Source of the DNA: Convolutriloba macropyga
Lineage: Eukaryota
Length of the DNA stretch: 64,000 nucleotides
Assembly: GCF_964194025.1 (NCBI RefSeq)
Contig: NC_134471.1
Span: 64,480,001-64,544,000 of the forward strand
Reading direction: 5' to 3'
The translations under genes and the position numbers were made by a program. The notes under the pieces were generated by a model. It did not search any database. It was not told the origin of the DNA and saw nothing but the letters and a program-made list of their open reading frames with translations. Position 1 is the first letter of the stretch, and the number at the start of each line of letters is the position of its first letter. Of this stretch, positions 39,301 through 52,389 are shown one piece after another.

Positions 39301-40069
39301 TTTGGCAACATCTTGCATCATAAGCAGTTAGAAACTTGTTGAGTTAAAATTTTAGAAATATGCATACATACATTAAAGTGTGTTGATAATCTATTTTCAT
39401 TTTCTCATTTTCCTCAAATTCCGAAAGGTCTTCAGAAGTTAGTTAAAATGGTGACAACTGTTTTAAAACTGCTAAAAGGAGTCTGTTTCTTTATGATTTT
39501 TCAATGGAGGATTTCGATTTTGTGATCGATTTAACTTTGCATACCTGCTAATTCGTTCATACGTACAAAGATAGAATTATTGTTTTTATGCGGGACACTG
39601 AAAAATTGTAATTAAAAAACTGTACGATTTTAAAAAGTGGGATTCCGAGCTACTCTCGTTTTTCTAGGATTGTAACAAAAATTGCTCTTTGAAACTATAA
39701 GATATCTGGCGCATCAGTTAGCAAATTGATGATTTAAACCTGTCTGATCATTCCTGTTGACTAACATGGACAATTCATCTTGCTAATTGATTCCTATCAT
39801 TCCCTTGGTTGATTATAAATTAGCTTACTTTAATTTTCGCGAAAAAGAAAACTTGGACTAAGTAGTTCTAACCCAAAGTTTCACAATAACTGAACAAATT
39901 TACCTCAAATTTATTCCGAAATTGCAGAATCTTTAAACTTTGAATTCTCAAAACTAGGGCAACTGTGTGGGAAGAAAAAAGAAGAAACAGCGTGTTTTGA
40001 TGCTGACGACTCTTTATTTAATTTTTGGCGGCCAATATCAGAAAAAGATTGTTTTTAGAAAAAAGTATA

Positions 40070-40512
40070 TGTAATGTACCTACATAAACATTTGACATTT
40101 ATAATGCTATACGATTTTAACTTCTATCAAACTAGATTGATGTAAACTTGTAGTTAAATACCAAACATACACCTTTTTGATTTGAATAACGAAAGTGCTT
40201 AAACTTATAACTATTTAATGCCGTATTCATTCCATTATATTTAAATGTTATGTTAATTAAACTAAAGCAATAACGTTGATTATGTAAATTGTTGTTATTA
40301 TAAATTTCTTATATGTCAATGCCAATAATAATTGAAATATCTATTTCAAACTAGAGAGAGGAGATAAACATATTGAAAGCAGTCGGTTCTTTTAAATAGA
40401 TCAAGAAAATAAAACTGTCCGAACACGCTCCAAAATTCTTTAAACACCCACTCTGGTCTAAAAAAAAGATAGACTTGGCAAAATAAATTAGTAAGAGAGA
40501 ACATATATTACA
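40070..40512 (+). repeat. Gypsy 5' LTR (443 bp)
   Basis: TGTAAT...ATTACA terminal inverted repeat; about 40 substitutions and two 2-bp indels versus the 3' LTR (~91% identity, hand count). Confidence 0.96.
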
Positions 40513-40529
40513 TGCTGACAGGAGTGCTG
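40513..40529 (+). promoter_or_regulatory. Degenerate primer-binding site, probably tRNA-Leu
   Basis: TGCTGACAGGAGTG directly after the LTR; two mismatches to TGGTGTCAGGAGTG, the complement of a tRNA-Leu(CAG) 3' end. Confidence 0.6.
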
Positions 40530-40880
40530 ACAGTTTAAATATTCTCTAACTCTACTAAAGTGGAACTAAACTATTTGAAGTGCTGGAAACTAGATCTAGA
40601 CTATCTTCAGCGCTGAAGTTGCATCTGAAAGCATCAACAACAGAGTCAAAGAACAGAGACATCTCAATTTTGTAAGTCAAAAACTCAAACTCAAATAAAA
40701 GGCGCTTAATTTTATTTTACTGGCCAATTTCATGCTCTCCTCAATAATGAACCATTAGCTATACTCTTCGCTAATAAGTTACCCTTCCTAAATTCGCTTA
40801 CACAATAGTTGAAATCTATTCTCATCGCATATCACATGTGCTGTGCAGTAAATTAATACGTAAATTAAAACGAGCGATAA

Positions 40881-41955
40881 ATGGCCGCAAACGCATAGGT
40901 AATGATCAAGCCGTACAGCAAAACGGAAAATGAAAATTTCGGCGAATTTGAGCAGTTGTTTTGAGGAATGGTCGGAGTCGCCGATGTTGCAGCAGCACAG
41001 CAGCCAAATTTCCTACAACTCCATCTATGTGAAGCAGCCCTGCGTTTCTTTCAAACGTTACCCGCGGCAACAAGAGCGGACGTCGATCTTTGCTTAACTG
41101 CGCTTCGAGAACATTTTTGCAATGTCCAACTACAAGAAATCCACATTTTAAAACTCGAACAGCAGCGTTTTGATATAAAGAAGGATACTCCAGAAAATTT
41201 TTTAGTAACACTGCAGTCAAGAGCGCAACGGTCTTACCCGACGCCAAATTTGCCCGAAGTTGCACCTCTAAATTTGGCGGCAGCAGGAGCAGATGCAGGA
41301 CTTGAAGCAGCGCAACGAACGAGATTCGACAGAGAAATTGCAGCGCGAGACGAGCGATTACAACCAGCTAGAGTTTTCAGGACCGCACAAATAAAACGTT
41401 TTTTTATATGAGCTAAGCCCGGGTGGCTCAGGTCGAAAGTGATGGAACAACCAGCTGCAGCGACAGTAAACGACTTATGTACCGTTGCCCGACAAAAAAT
41501 GTCCATCAGAAAAATGTGCAGGACTGTAGATTACCCTGAAGATGGCCTGAACGCTATAAATAATACGGTATCTGACAACTTGATAAACGCACTTAGAAAA
41601 CTATCAGCAAATCAGGAAGCAATGGAAATACGACTACATAATATGGACGAGCGATTGAGAGAAGACAACAAAAAACAACAATCTAGCCAATAACAACAAA
41701 ATAATTCCAGTCATATCAGACACAAACAACACAACAGCCATATCAAACACAAAATCATACAAAGCACAACAACAACAACAACAAGGTCCAGTACAGGGCG
41801 AACCGAACAAGCTTTGTTTCCCAGTCACATAATCCACAAAAGTCCTCTGTTATATTTGTGGGTACCCAAAACACAAAGCAAATCAGTGTGCCATGAGAAA
41901 TACCAAAACCTCAAGAAGAAACGTATTTCCTTTCCAACACCAGCCTAAAAAGTAA
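40881..41955 (+). pseudogene. gag: Gypsy gag (stops and frameshifts)
   Basis: ATG 40881; FLQLHL..AALRFFQTL, L..HF, FLV.LQ..A...YP, Gln/Asn-rich tract, zinc knuckle CYICGYPKHKANQC (~41848-41889). Confidence 0.85.
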
Positions 41956-41989
41956 TTAAGCCACCCAGATCTAATGAACACCGCAAATC

Positions 41990-44900
41990 ATCGTCATTTT
42001 CAGAAAAACCAAAATACGAAGCGGAAAAGAATGTTCAACCAACCCTTCAATTATATATTATTAGCCAAAGATTAGCCTCAACTCTATCTTTCCTTAAAAT
42101 ATCAATTGACTCGAACTTAACAAGACGAGCCCCAATAGACACCGGCGCCTGCGCCAACGCCATTAACAAGCATTTATACAAAGAAATTCAAGCAGAAAAA
42201 TCCATGTGTATTCAAAAAATTGACAGACCAAGTTTAACAAAAGTTAAGATGGCATCGGAACAAGAAGTTGAATAATTGCAGAAATTTTACTGAATTTCCG
42301 AGTAGCACATCAAAGTTTTACTGAAAAATTTCTGGTGTTTCCTACAGTGAATCCACTCATTCTAGGCAATGATTTCTTCAAAAAACATGATACAGTAATC
42401 AAACCAGGTAAAAACCTAACCAATATAGCGGACTTAACAATACAAATTAGCGAAATAAAAACATTAAATGAACCAAGACGAAAAGTGAGGACAAAAAGAG
42501 TTGCAGCGTTCACAACAAAGAAAAACGCAATCCAACCAAACACTCAGATGATCATTGAAACCAAGTTAAAAACCACAGCAAATTTTGAAAAATGAAATGG
42601 AATAGTAATACTGAACGAGTATATAGAACAAAAACTAGACTTAGCAATAACTTCATCTTTAAGTACGATTCTGGATGACAATATCCTTTATTTCGCATTG
42701 ATTATTATAACTGATCAATCAATAACGTTACCTAAAGGAACCGAATTTGCTAAATTCTCATTCCTAACTCTGGAACAAGCCGAAACACTCCAACAAATCG
42801 ATCCAGAACTGATTGCCTTAGCGGAAAACCAAAGTGATGACATCGTCGAGATTAATCAACTTGTTCAAGACTTCCCATTTCACGGAAAGAGTCAACCACA
42901 GCGACAGCAACCAGAATATAGTAAACTATGGTTCCCAACAACGGAATCATGTTCAGACCCTGAAAACCTTCCACCACTTCAACGAGAAATTTTTGACCAA
43001 AAACTACGATTCCAAAATATAGAATGGCAGGATGCAAGAAAAAAAATACCACATACAAGAATTTCTTTAGCGTTTTCCATGGCAAAATTCAAAATTCTAA
43101 ATCTCGAAGAACGAAAAATTATAGAGGAACTTTTGCTTGAATTCCACGATATCTTCGCCAAACACCGTTTTGATGTCGGCTACAATACCGAACTTAAAAT
43201 ATAATTAACACCAGAACGCTCAAAACCACTCTATGTACAGGGACCACCAACACCAGTCCAACTTCGAGACGAAAACATATCGAACTTGCTCTTACGCATT
43301 ACTATGGACTGATTACCACACTTTCTCAATCGAAATATAGCAGCCGGTTTTTCGCCCATCGTAAACAATCAGGGAAACTGAGACTACTGGTCGATCTCCG
43401 AGGCGTGAATCATCTCCTGAAAAATGAATATATTAATGCTAACTTTCCAATTTCAATAAATGCTAACTTTCCAATTTCCGATAAAACTGATGCTACCAAC
43501 CACTTTGCAGGAAAAACTCTTTTCACAAAACTGGATTGCTCACAGGCCTACCACTGTGTTCAGATGGCGGATGACTTATCAACACAGCTTCTAGCATTCA
43601 ACTTTTCATCTCGTACATACGCGTACAATTGTTTGGCGCAAGGCCTTAGCAAATCGGTCACTGGATTCAGTGATTTCAATCGACACTATTTGGACCCATG
43701 CCTTGCAGCGGACATCTGCACGCAATTTATGGATGATATTGGATGCGGAGTTGAAACCTTTCAACAACTAGATACAACCCTACGGAAAAATTTTGAATGT
43801 ATTAGGAGACCAGGCTTGAAATTTTTGCCCGAGAATAGCGAAATAGCTACAAAATTCTTACAATTTTGGGCAACGTCCTCACTCCTAATGGCATATCACC
43901 TCAATCGGAAAAAATATAAAAATTTCTAGATAACTTAACTATGCCAAAAACAATTTAACAAGTTAAACGATTGATCGTATTTCTAAAGTTCTTCAGAAAT
44001 TATATTCCGAATCTCGCAGAAAACTTATGCCCTTTTACAAACTCCTACGTAAGGACTCACAAATCGAACCAGATGACATGCACTACAAAAATTGGGAAAT
44101 TTTGAAAAACGACCTTTTGGATGCAACAAAAATAATTCTGAGGCTTCCCACACCTGGAGTTCAATACGTCGTTTTGTGTGTCGCTATTTATTATTCAGCG
44201 GGATTTGTACTAATGATTGAAGATTATATCATTGATCAGAACAACAAAAAGAAAAAAGTATATGCCCCAGTGTCTTTCGGATCGCAGCTCTTCACTACTG
44301 CCCAACTTAAATTTTCAATTAATTATAAGAAATTCTTAGCCTTATATTACGCCCTCGATCAATTTGCACACTATCTCTGGGAAGCAACAAAACCAAATTT
44401 AATTCTAACAGACAATAGAAGCCTCACTCAATTTTTCATATCAAAGGTTATACCACCATCACTTTGGAACTTTTGGGATTGTGTTCTTTCATTCAACGTG
44501 ATTATTGCCCATATACCAGGAAAAGCAAATTACGCCGCAGACTTTTTGTCTCGCGTCCAAACGGACAAAACCGCTGGCTTTTACTTGAAAATTACTGAAA
44601 ATATTCCAAGAAAATATTGAAAGAAGATGAAGCGGACACGACCGCTCACACCTGACGTGAAAGCAAATTTCATTAGCGAAATGATGGAATCTTTTGAAAA
44701 AACCAAAGATCCACAACTAACAGAAAACCTGAAGAACCTTGGACTTTACGAAACATATCTGAAAATGCAGAAACAATCAGAAAACGAAATCACCGGTTTC
44801 CTCAAACTAGTGAGACCAACAGTAAATTCTGTCCTCTATGAAAATCCGTTAGATTTCTGAGAGGTATAAATGCAAAATGGATCCGATGAAACTCAAAACA

Positions 44901-46150
44901 GAACAACAAAAAGATGAGGATATACAAACTGCTATCCAGTGGAAGCGACAAGGAACCAAAGTTGACTTGAAATACGAACCAATTTCACGGAAAAATTTCA
45001 CAAACAATTGCGACTATTAATAGTTGAAGATGAAATACTTTATAGACTTTTCTATGATGATACAGGAAAGGTACAGTTAGTTCAGACAAAATTGCCCTCC
45101 AAAAAATCTCTGGAAGGAAGCATTATACAGAATACACAATTCAAAAACAGCTGGACACCTAGGAATTGACCGCACATTACAAGAATTCCGCCGCCGCTTC
45201 TACTTTCCTAACTTTACCGAACATTTTCTTGATCTTATCTAAAATTGCCTGACATGCCTTCAGATGAAAAACGTCAAAAGGAAACAGTTCAAATCCTCAC
45301 TGCAGCCGTTATCATCACTACAATCATTCCCCGGAGACTTATTTCGACCTTGTGGGAACTTTCAACTCACCAGTGTACAAATACGTGTTAAGCGGCATTG
45401 ATGTTTTCACGAAGTATCTTTTTGCAGTCTCCCTTACGAATGGAAGCGCCGTTACTGTAGCTTGTGGGCTCGTGAAGATTTTTTTCCAACACAGCTATTT
45501 GCCCGAAACTATTTTGATGGATCTAGGAACCACATTTACCTCTGATCTCGTGCACGAATTAGCCCAATTCCTCAAATTAAGCTAAAACACGCGTCACTAA
45601 AACACCCACAAACCATTGGCACAGTAGAGCAATTGTATAAACCTCTTAAAAAGATAATAAAACTTAATAGTAAAGATCAGTGGAACGACTGGCATAATTA
45701 CGTCCCATTGGCAGTTTTCATACATATTACATCATACCACTCTTCCATTGGATGTTGCCCAAGACTTCTGTTTCACGGACGGGAACCTACAAAACCCTTG
45801 GACCTTCGCTTCTTCAGAAAAGGAACGGCAGTAATAGAAGCGAATTCAGGCGATGTTATTGGACTTCAGGACGCAATGTTGAAAATATTTTCCGAAAACA
45901 AAGAACAACTTCTTGACGCATATCACCGCTATCGAAGCTATTACGATAAGAAAACTGGAGCAAAACCACTCAAGAATCATTCTTACTGTTTTTTCCTAAG
46001 TTCTCAACTAACAAGTCAGCAACAAATCATCAAAAAATCAGCTCAAACCTGGATTCCATTGTAAAAGGTTCAAATTATGCAGTAAGGAAAACAGGCACAA
46101 ACTTCACACAATGCGTCCACCGGATCAGACTAAGAGCCGTTAAACCCCCT
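41990..46150 (+). pseudogene. pol: Gypsy pol: protease, RT, RNase H, integrase (disrupted)
   Basis: IDTGAC (~42135), ILGNDF, KLRLLVDLR, KLDCSQAYH, AQGL, QFMDDI, RNase H (..YSAGFVL, LTDNRSL, HIPGKANYAADFLSR), IN HHCC (IHNSKTAGHLG..CLTC), IDVFTKY, DLGTTF. Confidence 0.95.
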
Positions 46151-46959
46151 CCGGATATTGTTGACATTGAAACTATTGGCCCAAACAAATTTCAACCGGA
46201 CCCAACTCGAAGAAACGATAGAAGTGAACCACAACTTTTTGACGACCATCTTCATAAATTACTGGAAAATAGACTCAGTTTATATACAAAAACCCTTAAA
46301 ACCTGCAAATAAATCACATGTCAGCATCACTCTACCAGTCGCGGGAGTACCCGGACCCTTTGCAGCCCCCGCACCAGAACCAGTGCCAGTGCCGCCTGAA
46401 AATTCATCCGGAATTTCCAATAATTCAACACCACAGATTTCTCCTGAGAATAGCAACCACAATTCTCCAGATCAAAGCGACGACGAAAAACAACTTCACA
46501 AAGAAAATCCGATACCAACGCAACTAGAACCCCTTCAACCAGATGTTGATACCAGTGTCGATATAGCCGATTTTACCCAAAATACTCCAAAACGAACTAG
46601 AATACCTAGGAAAGTACAATTTAATTCAAGAGTTGAAAGACGACATTACAAGCCGCGTAATGAATCTCCTGTTATTCATCGATCACGCCCAGCTGATGTC
46701 AACTTTACGCCTACACCAAACCAACAGAATGCAACATTAACAACAGAGAAATAAAAAAACGGCAAGCAATTCTCGATTCTTTTTTGAGAACACGATCTTC
46801 TAAAATACCAACTCGTGACACTAAACTGGACCAGGTGCAATCAAGTATCAGAAAACACCAGAATAGGAGCCCGGAAGGACCGCCAAACCAGAAACGTCAC
46901 ATAATAGAAAAAGAGAAGCCAAAAATCACGACATAAATTTAATCTATCACCAAAGTCAG

Positions 46960-47418
46960 GCAAATTTTTGTTTCTGGCAACATTTTTGCAAAATATCCGT
47001 CCTGTTGTACATTGCATATCAGCCGATGCTGCCATGAAAGCAGGATTAGCAGCTGCAATAGCCAATTGTTACGCTTTACTACGAAAAGTTGTGCAAAACC
47101 GTTCAAAAATCCGGACTGGTTCTGTTATTGTCTACATTGACGCGAATGAAAATCGCATTATCTTCAATTTAGTAACTCATATAAAAATATCATAATATAG
47201 CAAATCTCAATACTATGAAAAGCCCACTTATTACGCGCTATCAAAGGCACTTCATGGAATAAAAAAACCTCCTACTTCAATACGGTATAAACAACATTCT
47301 TTTGCCACAAATTGAATGTGAACTCGATAAATTGAAACAAGACACCGTCTATCGAATGCTACAAAGTGTATTTTCCGATGCTCCACTTACTGTTCACCAC
47401 AAATTTCATAATCAGTAA
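46960..47418 (+). pseudogene. TARG1/OARD1 (Poa1p-like) macrodomain at the end of the Gypsy pol region
   Basis: VVHCISADAAMKAGLAAAI...IFNLVT[24-nt insert]KSQYYEKPTYYALSKALHGIK/NLLLQYGINNILLPQIECELDKLKQDTVYRMLQSVF; parallels TARG1 motifs HCISED..MGAGIA, YLITK..KPTY..L..SL, MPRIGCGLD.L.W. Confidence 0.88.
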
Positions 47419-49970
47419 TGTCAAGACACCGATACTGTTACTCAACCAGACAAAAGAAATAGCGCTCCATCGACAAACTTGAGAAAATTTTGACAAAAAC
47501 GCAATAAATCGAAAATCATGCAAATTCGGAATTTTCACCGAAATTATTATAACTCGAGTTATATTCAACCCAAAACCGCGATAATAGGTCCAACCGATCA
47601 CCCATTATGCCAATGGATTTCATTGGCCGATTAGTAAATCTGAGGCAATATTTTTTGAGAAACTGAGAAGTTAAGAAAAATGCAAAATTTGGCTAATTCT
47701 CAAAATTGACAAAATATCAATAGGAAAATTACTATATTAAATTCGTCAAATCAAGCCCAAAATTGATCCAGGATCATAACTTCCATACCTATAATGGATG
47801 ACCAAAGCAACTTGGGCCAAATCAAATACTTTGGGAGATATCGGATTTTCAACTTTGGAAAAATCAGCCTCAAAAACTATCCGATCCGGGCTAAAATGTT
47901 GATAGCTACGTCAAAAATCACCCACCTATCAGCTATAGCAATGCCATAGCTAAATCTTGGATGAAAACGGCAGCTTAAAATGTGTTTATCTTTGAGAAAA
48001 ATTGATATTTATGCCAGAAAAAAGAGCCCAAATCTACCTCTCGGCCCTGACAAATATTCAAGTCTTCTAGTCAAAAAAAGTAACTTCAGACCGCATTTTA
48101 ACAGTCAGACCCTTTGGGATGTTAAACACTAAGACCGTGGTAGCAAAAAAGGCGTCAAAGACCATTTTTTCGAACTCTACAGACCTTAATCGATGGTGCA
48201 ACTTAAGCCCTCAAAAAAGGGCCCAAAATCATTGGAAAATAGCATATCTCGCAAAATAATTATGTCACGGATGCCAAAATTGTCAGGGCATCATCAATTA
48301 GTCTGTAGATGAGAACCAAAATTCAAATTTTGCGCTCTGACGCCTATAAGTTCCCTTAATGTGAAAACATTTTTTTTCACACTTTTTCAAAAAAATGTGA
48401 AAAAAATCAAAAATGACTTAACTCGCCCGCTACTTCGAAACTGGCCCTTTTTTTATTGCGGACCTTGGTGCACCTCAAGACCATTGTGCCCAATTACTTT
48501 CCAATCGCCCTACACTCGTTTTTCATCAGTTTCAGTGCAAGTACTGAGCAGTAACGTCCACTGCTCAGCAAGGCAAAGGGTCAACGCTGCATGGTGCCAC
48601 CCACTGCATGGTGCCCATAAATACAAAGTGTCGCCAAGACACTGGTTTACATGCATGGCCTTGCCTGATAACTTTGGCACTTGAGCAATCATCAACTTTG
48701 GGCATCTGGCAGTTCTTTTAGCATTTATTGCAACCTCACCAGGAGGAAGCACGACACAAATTTTCCTGCCCTGGCCGTGTAACGTGATAAAAGAGTCACA
48801 GGCATCCTCCCAATCATTATGCTACCTTACAAACAGGGGCCTTGGCTCAAAATAGGGGACCCAAAGGAGTAATCAGATAAAAATAAGCCCTCTGCGAGCT
48901 TATATTTCAAGTCAGATGTATACTTTTCTTTCAATTTACCATTAAAATACCCACTCCGACCAAAATAACCAGCTTTTTTCTGTTCCTCCGGCCAATTGAT
49001 CTTCTCCCAAACAGTGGAATACTTGGCGGCGTTGTAGATTGATCTCTAAAAGGAACATTGCTAGAATACAACTGCTGTATAATGTGACAAAACAACTCGC
49101 TGTGGATATCATCAACTTACGTCCAAACTGTAACCTTTATAAGCAACAACTTTCTCCTTTACCAAGAAAGGCACACCCTTCACAACAGACTCTAACTTCC
49201 CACTGTTAACATGCTTTAAATTACCTAGAATAACTTTTTCAATTCAAACATTTGATCACTCATTTTGACCTGGAAAAGAACTATTTTGTAACACCAAGCA
49301 AAAATTAAAACACATATAAACAGCTCATGCATAAACAGTTCACATATAATGTAACAATGCTCTAACACAACTGAAGGCGGTTCAGATGGTTAAATTGAAT
49401 CAAACACGGGCACTCACACAACACAGTACAAAAAGGATTAATAATACATTATTACAGCGTCAAAAAACTAAAGCACTCAACACTTAAAACACACTTAAAT
49501 AAACGTTTCTAACAAGTAAATGCCTACACTCTCGTTCTTGTTCTACTTCTAACTAAATTCTCCACACCTCTCTGACTAGCCACTACCGATTAAGTAATAA
49601 CTTCACCGCCATGAAGCGGGCAAGGAAGAAAATAACGAAAATGGCAAATGCCACAAACGAATGCAGGTCACAATTTGACTCTTCTGGCAGTCTTTCTGCC
49701 TGCTCAGTACCACGCAGCCGTGTTCTAGAAAAGGTCCAAGTACCCGTTGTGGGAAAAAAGGTCCCAATTTCACAACATTGAAACACATGTTGAAACGAAA
49801 GTTTCCGAAAGTCATGTTGAAACACATTTTGATCTGAAGTGCTCAAACTCACTCAATCTATTGAGCTTTACATTGATCAGACACATAAATCAGATTAAAA
49901 CCATTGACTCCAAATTCCTCTTGTAAATATATCTAAACCTAGCAAAGTTGAATTGTCTTTTCAGTTTTAG

Positions 49971-52264
49971 GAAGTACACTCAAGCAAAAACAGCTGCAAC
50001 TTCGATAACGCACTCACTAACAATTATCAAAATTTACAAGCCAGTGGCAAACGTCATACTCATCGCCATCTTTTTACAAATCTGCAATGCTTTCAATCAA
50101 ACAGAAAATTCAATTAGAATAATGTTATCTAAATTAGCCGAAATGTGGAAAGCTCCTTCTCTGTTCTGTCCATTAAACTTCTCCTCTAATTTCAACGGCT
50201 CTGCTACACCATTCAATATCAATTAGATGCTTGACAAACTAGTTAATGAAACTGATTCCGCTAAAATTGAAATCAAAAATCTACAACACTATTCAATATC
50301 AATTAGATGCTTAACAAACTAGTTAATGAAACTGATTCCGCTAAAATTGAAATTAAAAATCTACAACACTACAACAAAAAATGTCAACACTTTTGACAGA
50401 AAAGGACTGGGAGCTGCAGTTCTTGCCGGAATTGGCCTTTTCGGTACTGGAGTCTTAGTTGGAAATATGGAAGAATGTGGATTAATGTGAAAATTTGGCG
50501 GCTGCCAGAAGCAAGGACAGAAAAATTCAGAAAACATCAACCGCCTCCACCAATACACATCGATGTTAACGAATTATGTTGTGGAACTTGAAGATGAGAC
50601 AAAGAGGAAATTTTCATGATTTCCAACGAGCTGAGTGAAATAAAAAAACTCCAAGAAGAAATGGTACGGATCCAAACAGAAAATTGGAAAATAATCGAAG
50701 CCCAATTCGAAGTTTTTGAACACAATTTTCATATCTTACAAGACTGCACCCAAATATTGTTCTCAAACCAGCAATTAAACTTTAATTTTGACTCTGTGGC
50801 TTCTCTTCTTGCGCTACTTTTTGCCGATGTTAAAAATTATCGTTCAGCACTTTATGCCTATAAGATAAAACTAATTAATTCGGCATCGATTCTTTTAAAC
50901 AGAAGTTTACCAATGTCACTGGTCCCAAGAGAAACGTTGATTGCAATTTTGGGATCTGTTCATAGAAGCCAGAGGACAGCAAGAGACCGTCTTACGCTGG
51001 CGTTACATATGACAGATCTTCTATCTTATTATGATGCAAAATTAGTTAGAGAGGTTGCGACAAGTGAAGAAGGTATATTGCTCACTCTAGCAATTCCAAT
51101 GTCATCAAGACAGACAGCATTCAATATATATGAAGCGCATCGTATACCCATGCCCCAAGCTGACTCATCTGAAGCATTGATGTGGGTTACTGAAGGCCCC
51201 TACCTTGCAATCTCAGAAGATTCTGTGGAAAGTGCTATTCTTTCTCAAGAAAAATTTGACAATCGTCTTGGCGCAGCTCAATACAAAATATGTCATGAAA
51301 GTCTTGCAACACAATTAGGATCATCATCTTGCCTTGGCGCCCTTTACTTTCATAATATTCAGCCCTAGCCGTTTGTGACACCGAGAGATACTTATTACCA
51401 AGTCCGGAAAAGGCCACGAACTTGGGATATGGAATTTGGCTCAATACTTCAGCCAGTTAATCGTTTATTCTTCGAGAATACAATATAGATAACGACAAAA
51501 TTCCCGGGAAAAAAAGAAAACCCTGTATGTAAATCTGCTTAATTACACTTGAATGTGGCTGCCAGCTAATCAGTAAAAATGTTAAGATAAGACCGGATCT
51601 CCAGAGTTGTGACAAAATACCAGCGATGTGCATTGGAGTTAAACTCCCAGACCCTCTTGAATATTTGATAGCCAAACTGCTGTCAATAGAAGATCTTCCT
51701 TTCTTTGAATCCAAAACTGATGCAAACACCGCCCTTCTAAGAGAAGTTAGAACACAATTGATTTATAGTCCACAAATCACTCAAATGAAACATCTTAATA
51801 CACTAGGAAAATCAATCGCTCATCGAATGAAATTACTGAAGTCAACACCCGCCCATCAACTCGAGGAATACGTACCGCTCAAATTATCTCTAATGCTAAC
51901 AGTAATAGTGTTTATTGGAAATCTTTTCTTGCATATTCTTGCTATGTATCTCCATCACCGTTTTGCCATATTTAAACGCCTCACACCTTCCTTCCTGAAT
52001 TTTTACAACAACAAAGTTCCGTTAAAACCTGTGATGACAGTCGAAAATGAATATGCAAGCCATCTCAAAAGACAACACATAAATAACATGACTGTCATTA
52101 CAAAACAACAATTACCTCAACTACAACCTGCTCTCAGTCGAAAACCTTCAAAAATGTCTATGTATAACCAACCAACAACTACGTTCAGTCGAAGACCATC
52201 AAATACATCTATCAATACACACAACGATGATACGGTTACAATCAACGACCAAAGTGAATTCTAG
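49971..52264 (+). pseudogene. env: env-like class I fusion glycoprotein (baculovirus F / paramyxovirus F-type), disrupted
   Basis: Signal peptide VANVILIAIFLQICNA, N-glycosylation sequons, RK|GLGAAVLAGIGLFGTGVLVG fusion-peptide-like segment (50404-50463), heptad repeats, Cys-rich beta region, TM helix LSLMLTVIVFIGNLFLHILAMYL, S/T-rich cytoplasmic tail; located between pol and the 3' LTR. Confidence 0.85.
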
Positions 52265-52389
52265 ACAATTGCAGATTAACATTTTCAGGGCGGATTAAAA
52301 ACTATATAAACTTTAAATCACAAATCACTCATCCTATGATATGATTTATTTATTAAGTTTTTCAAAAAAATTTCAAAAAAATTGGGTAG

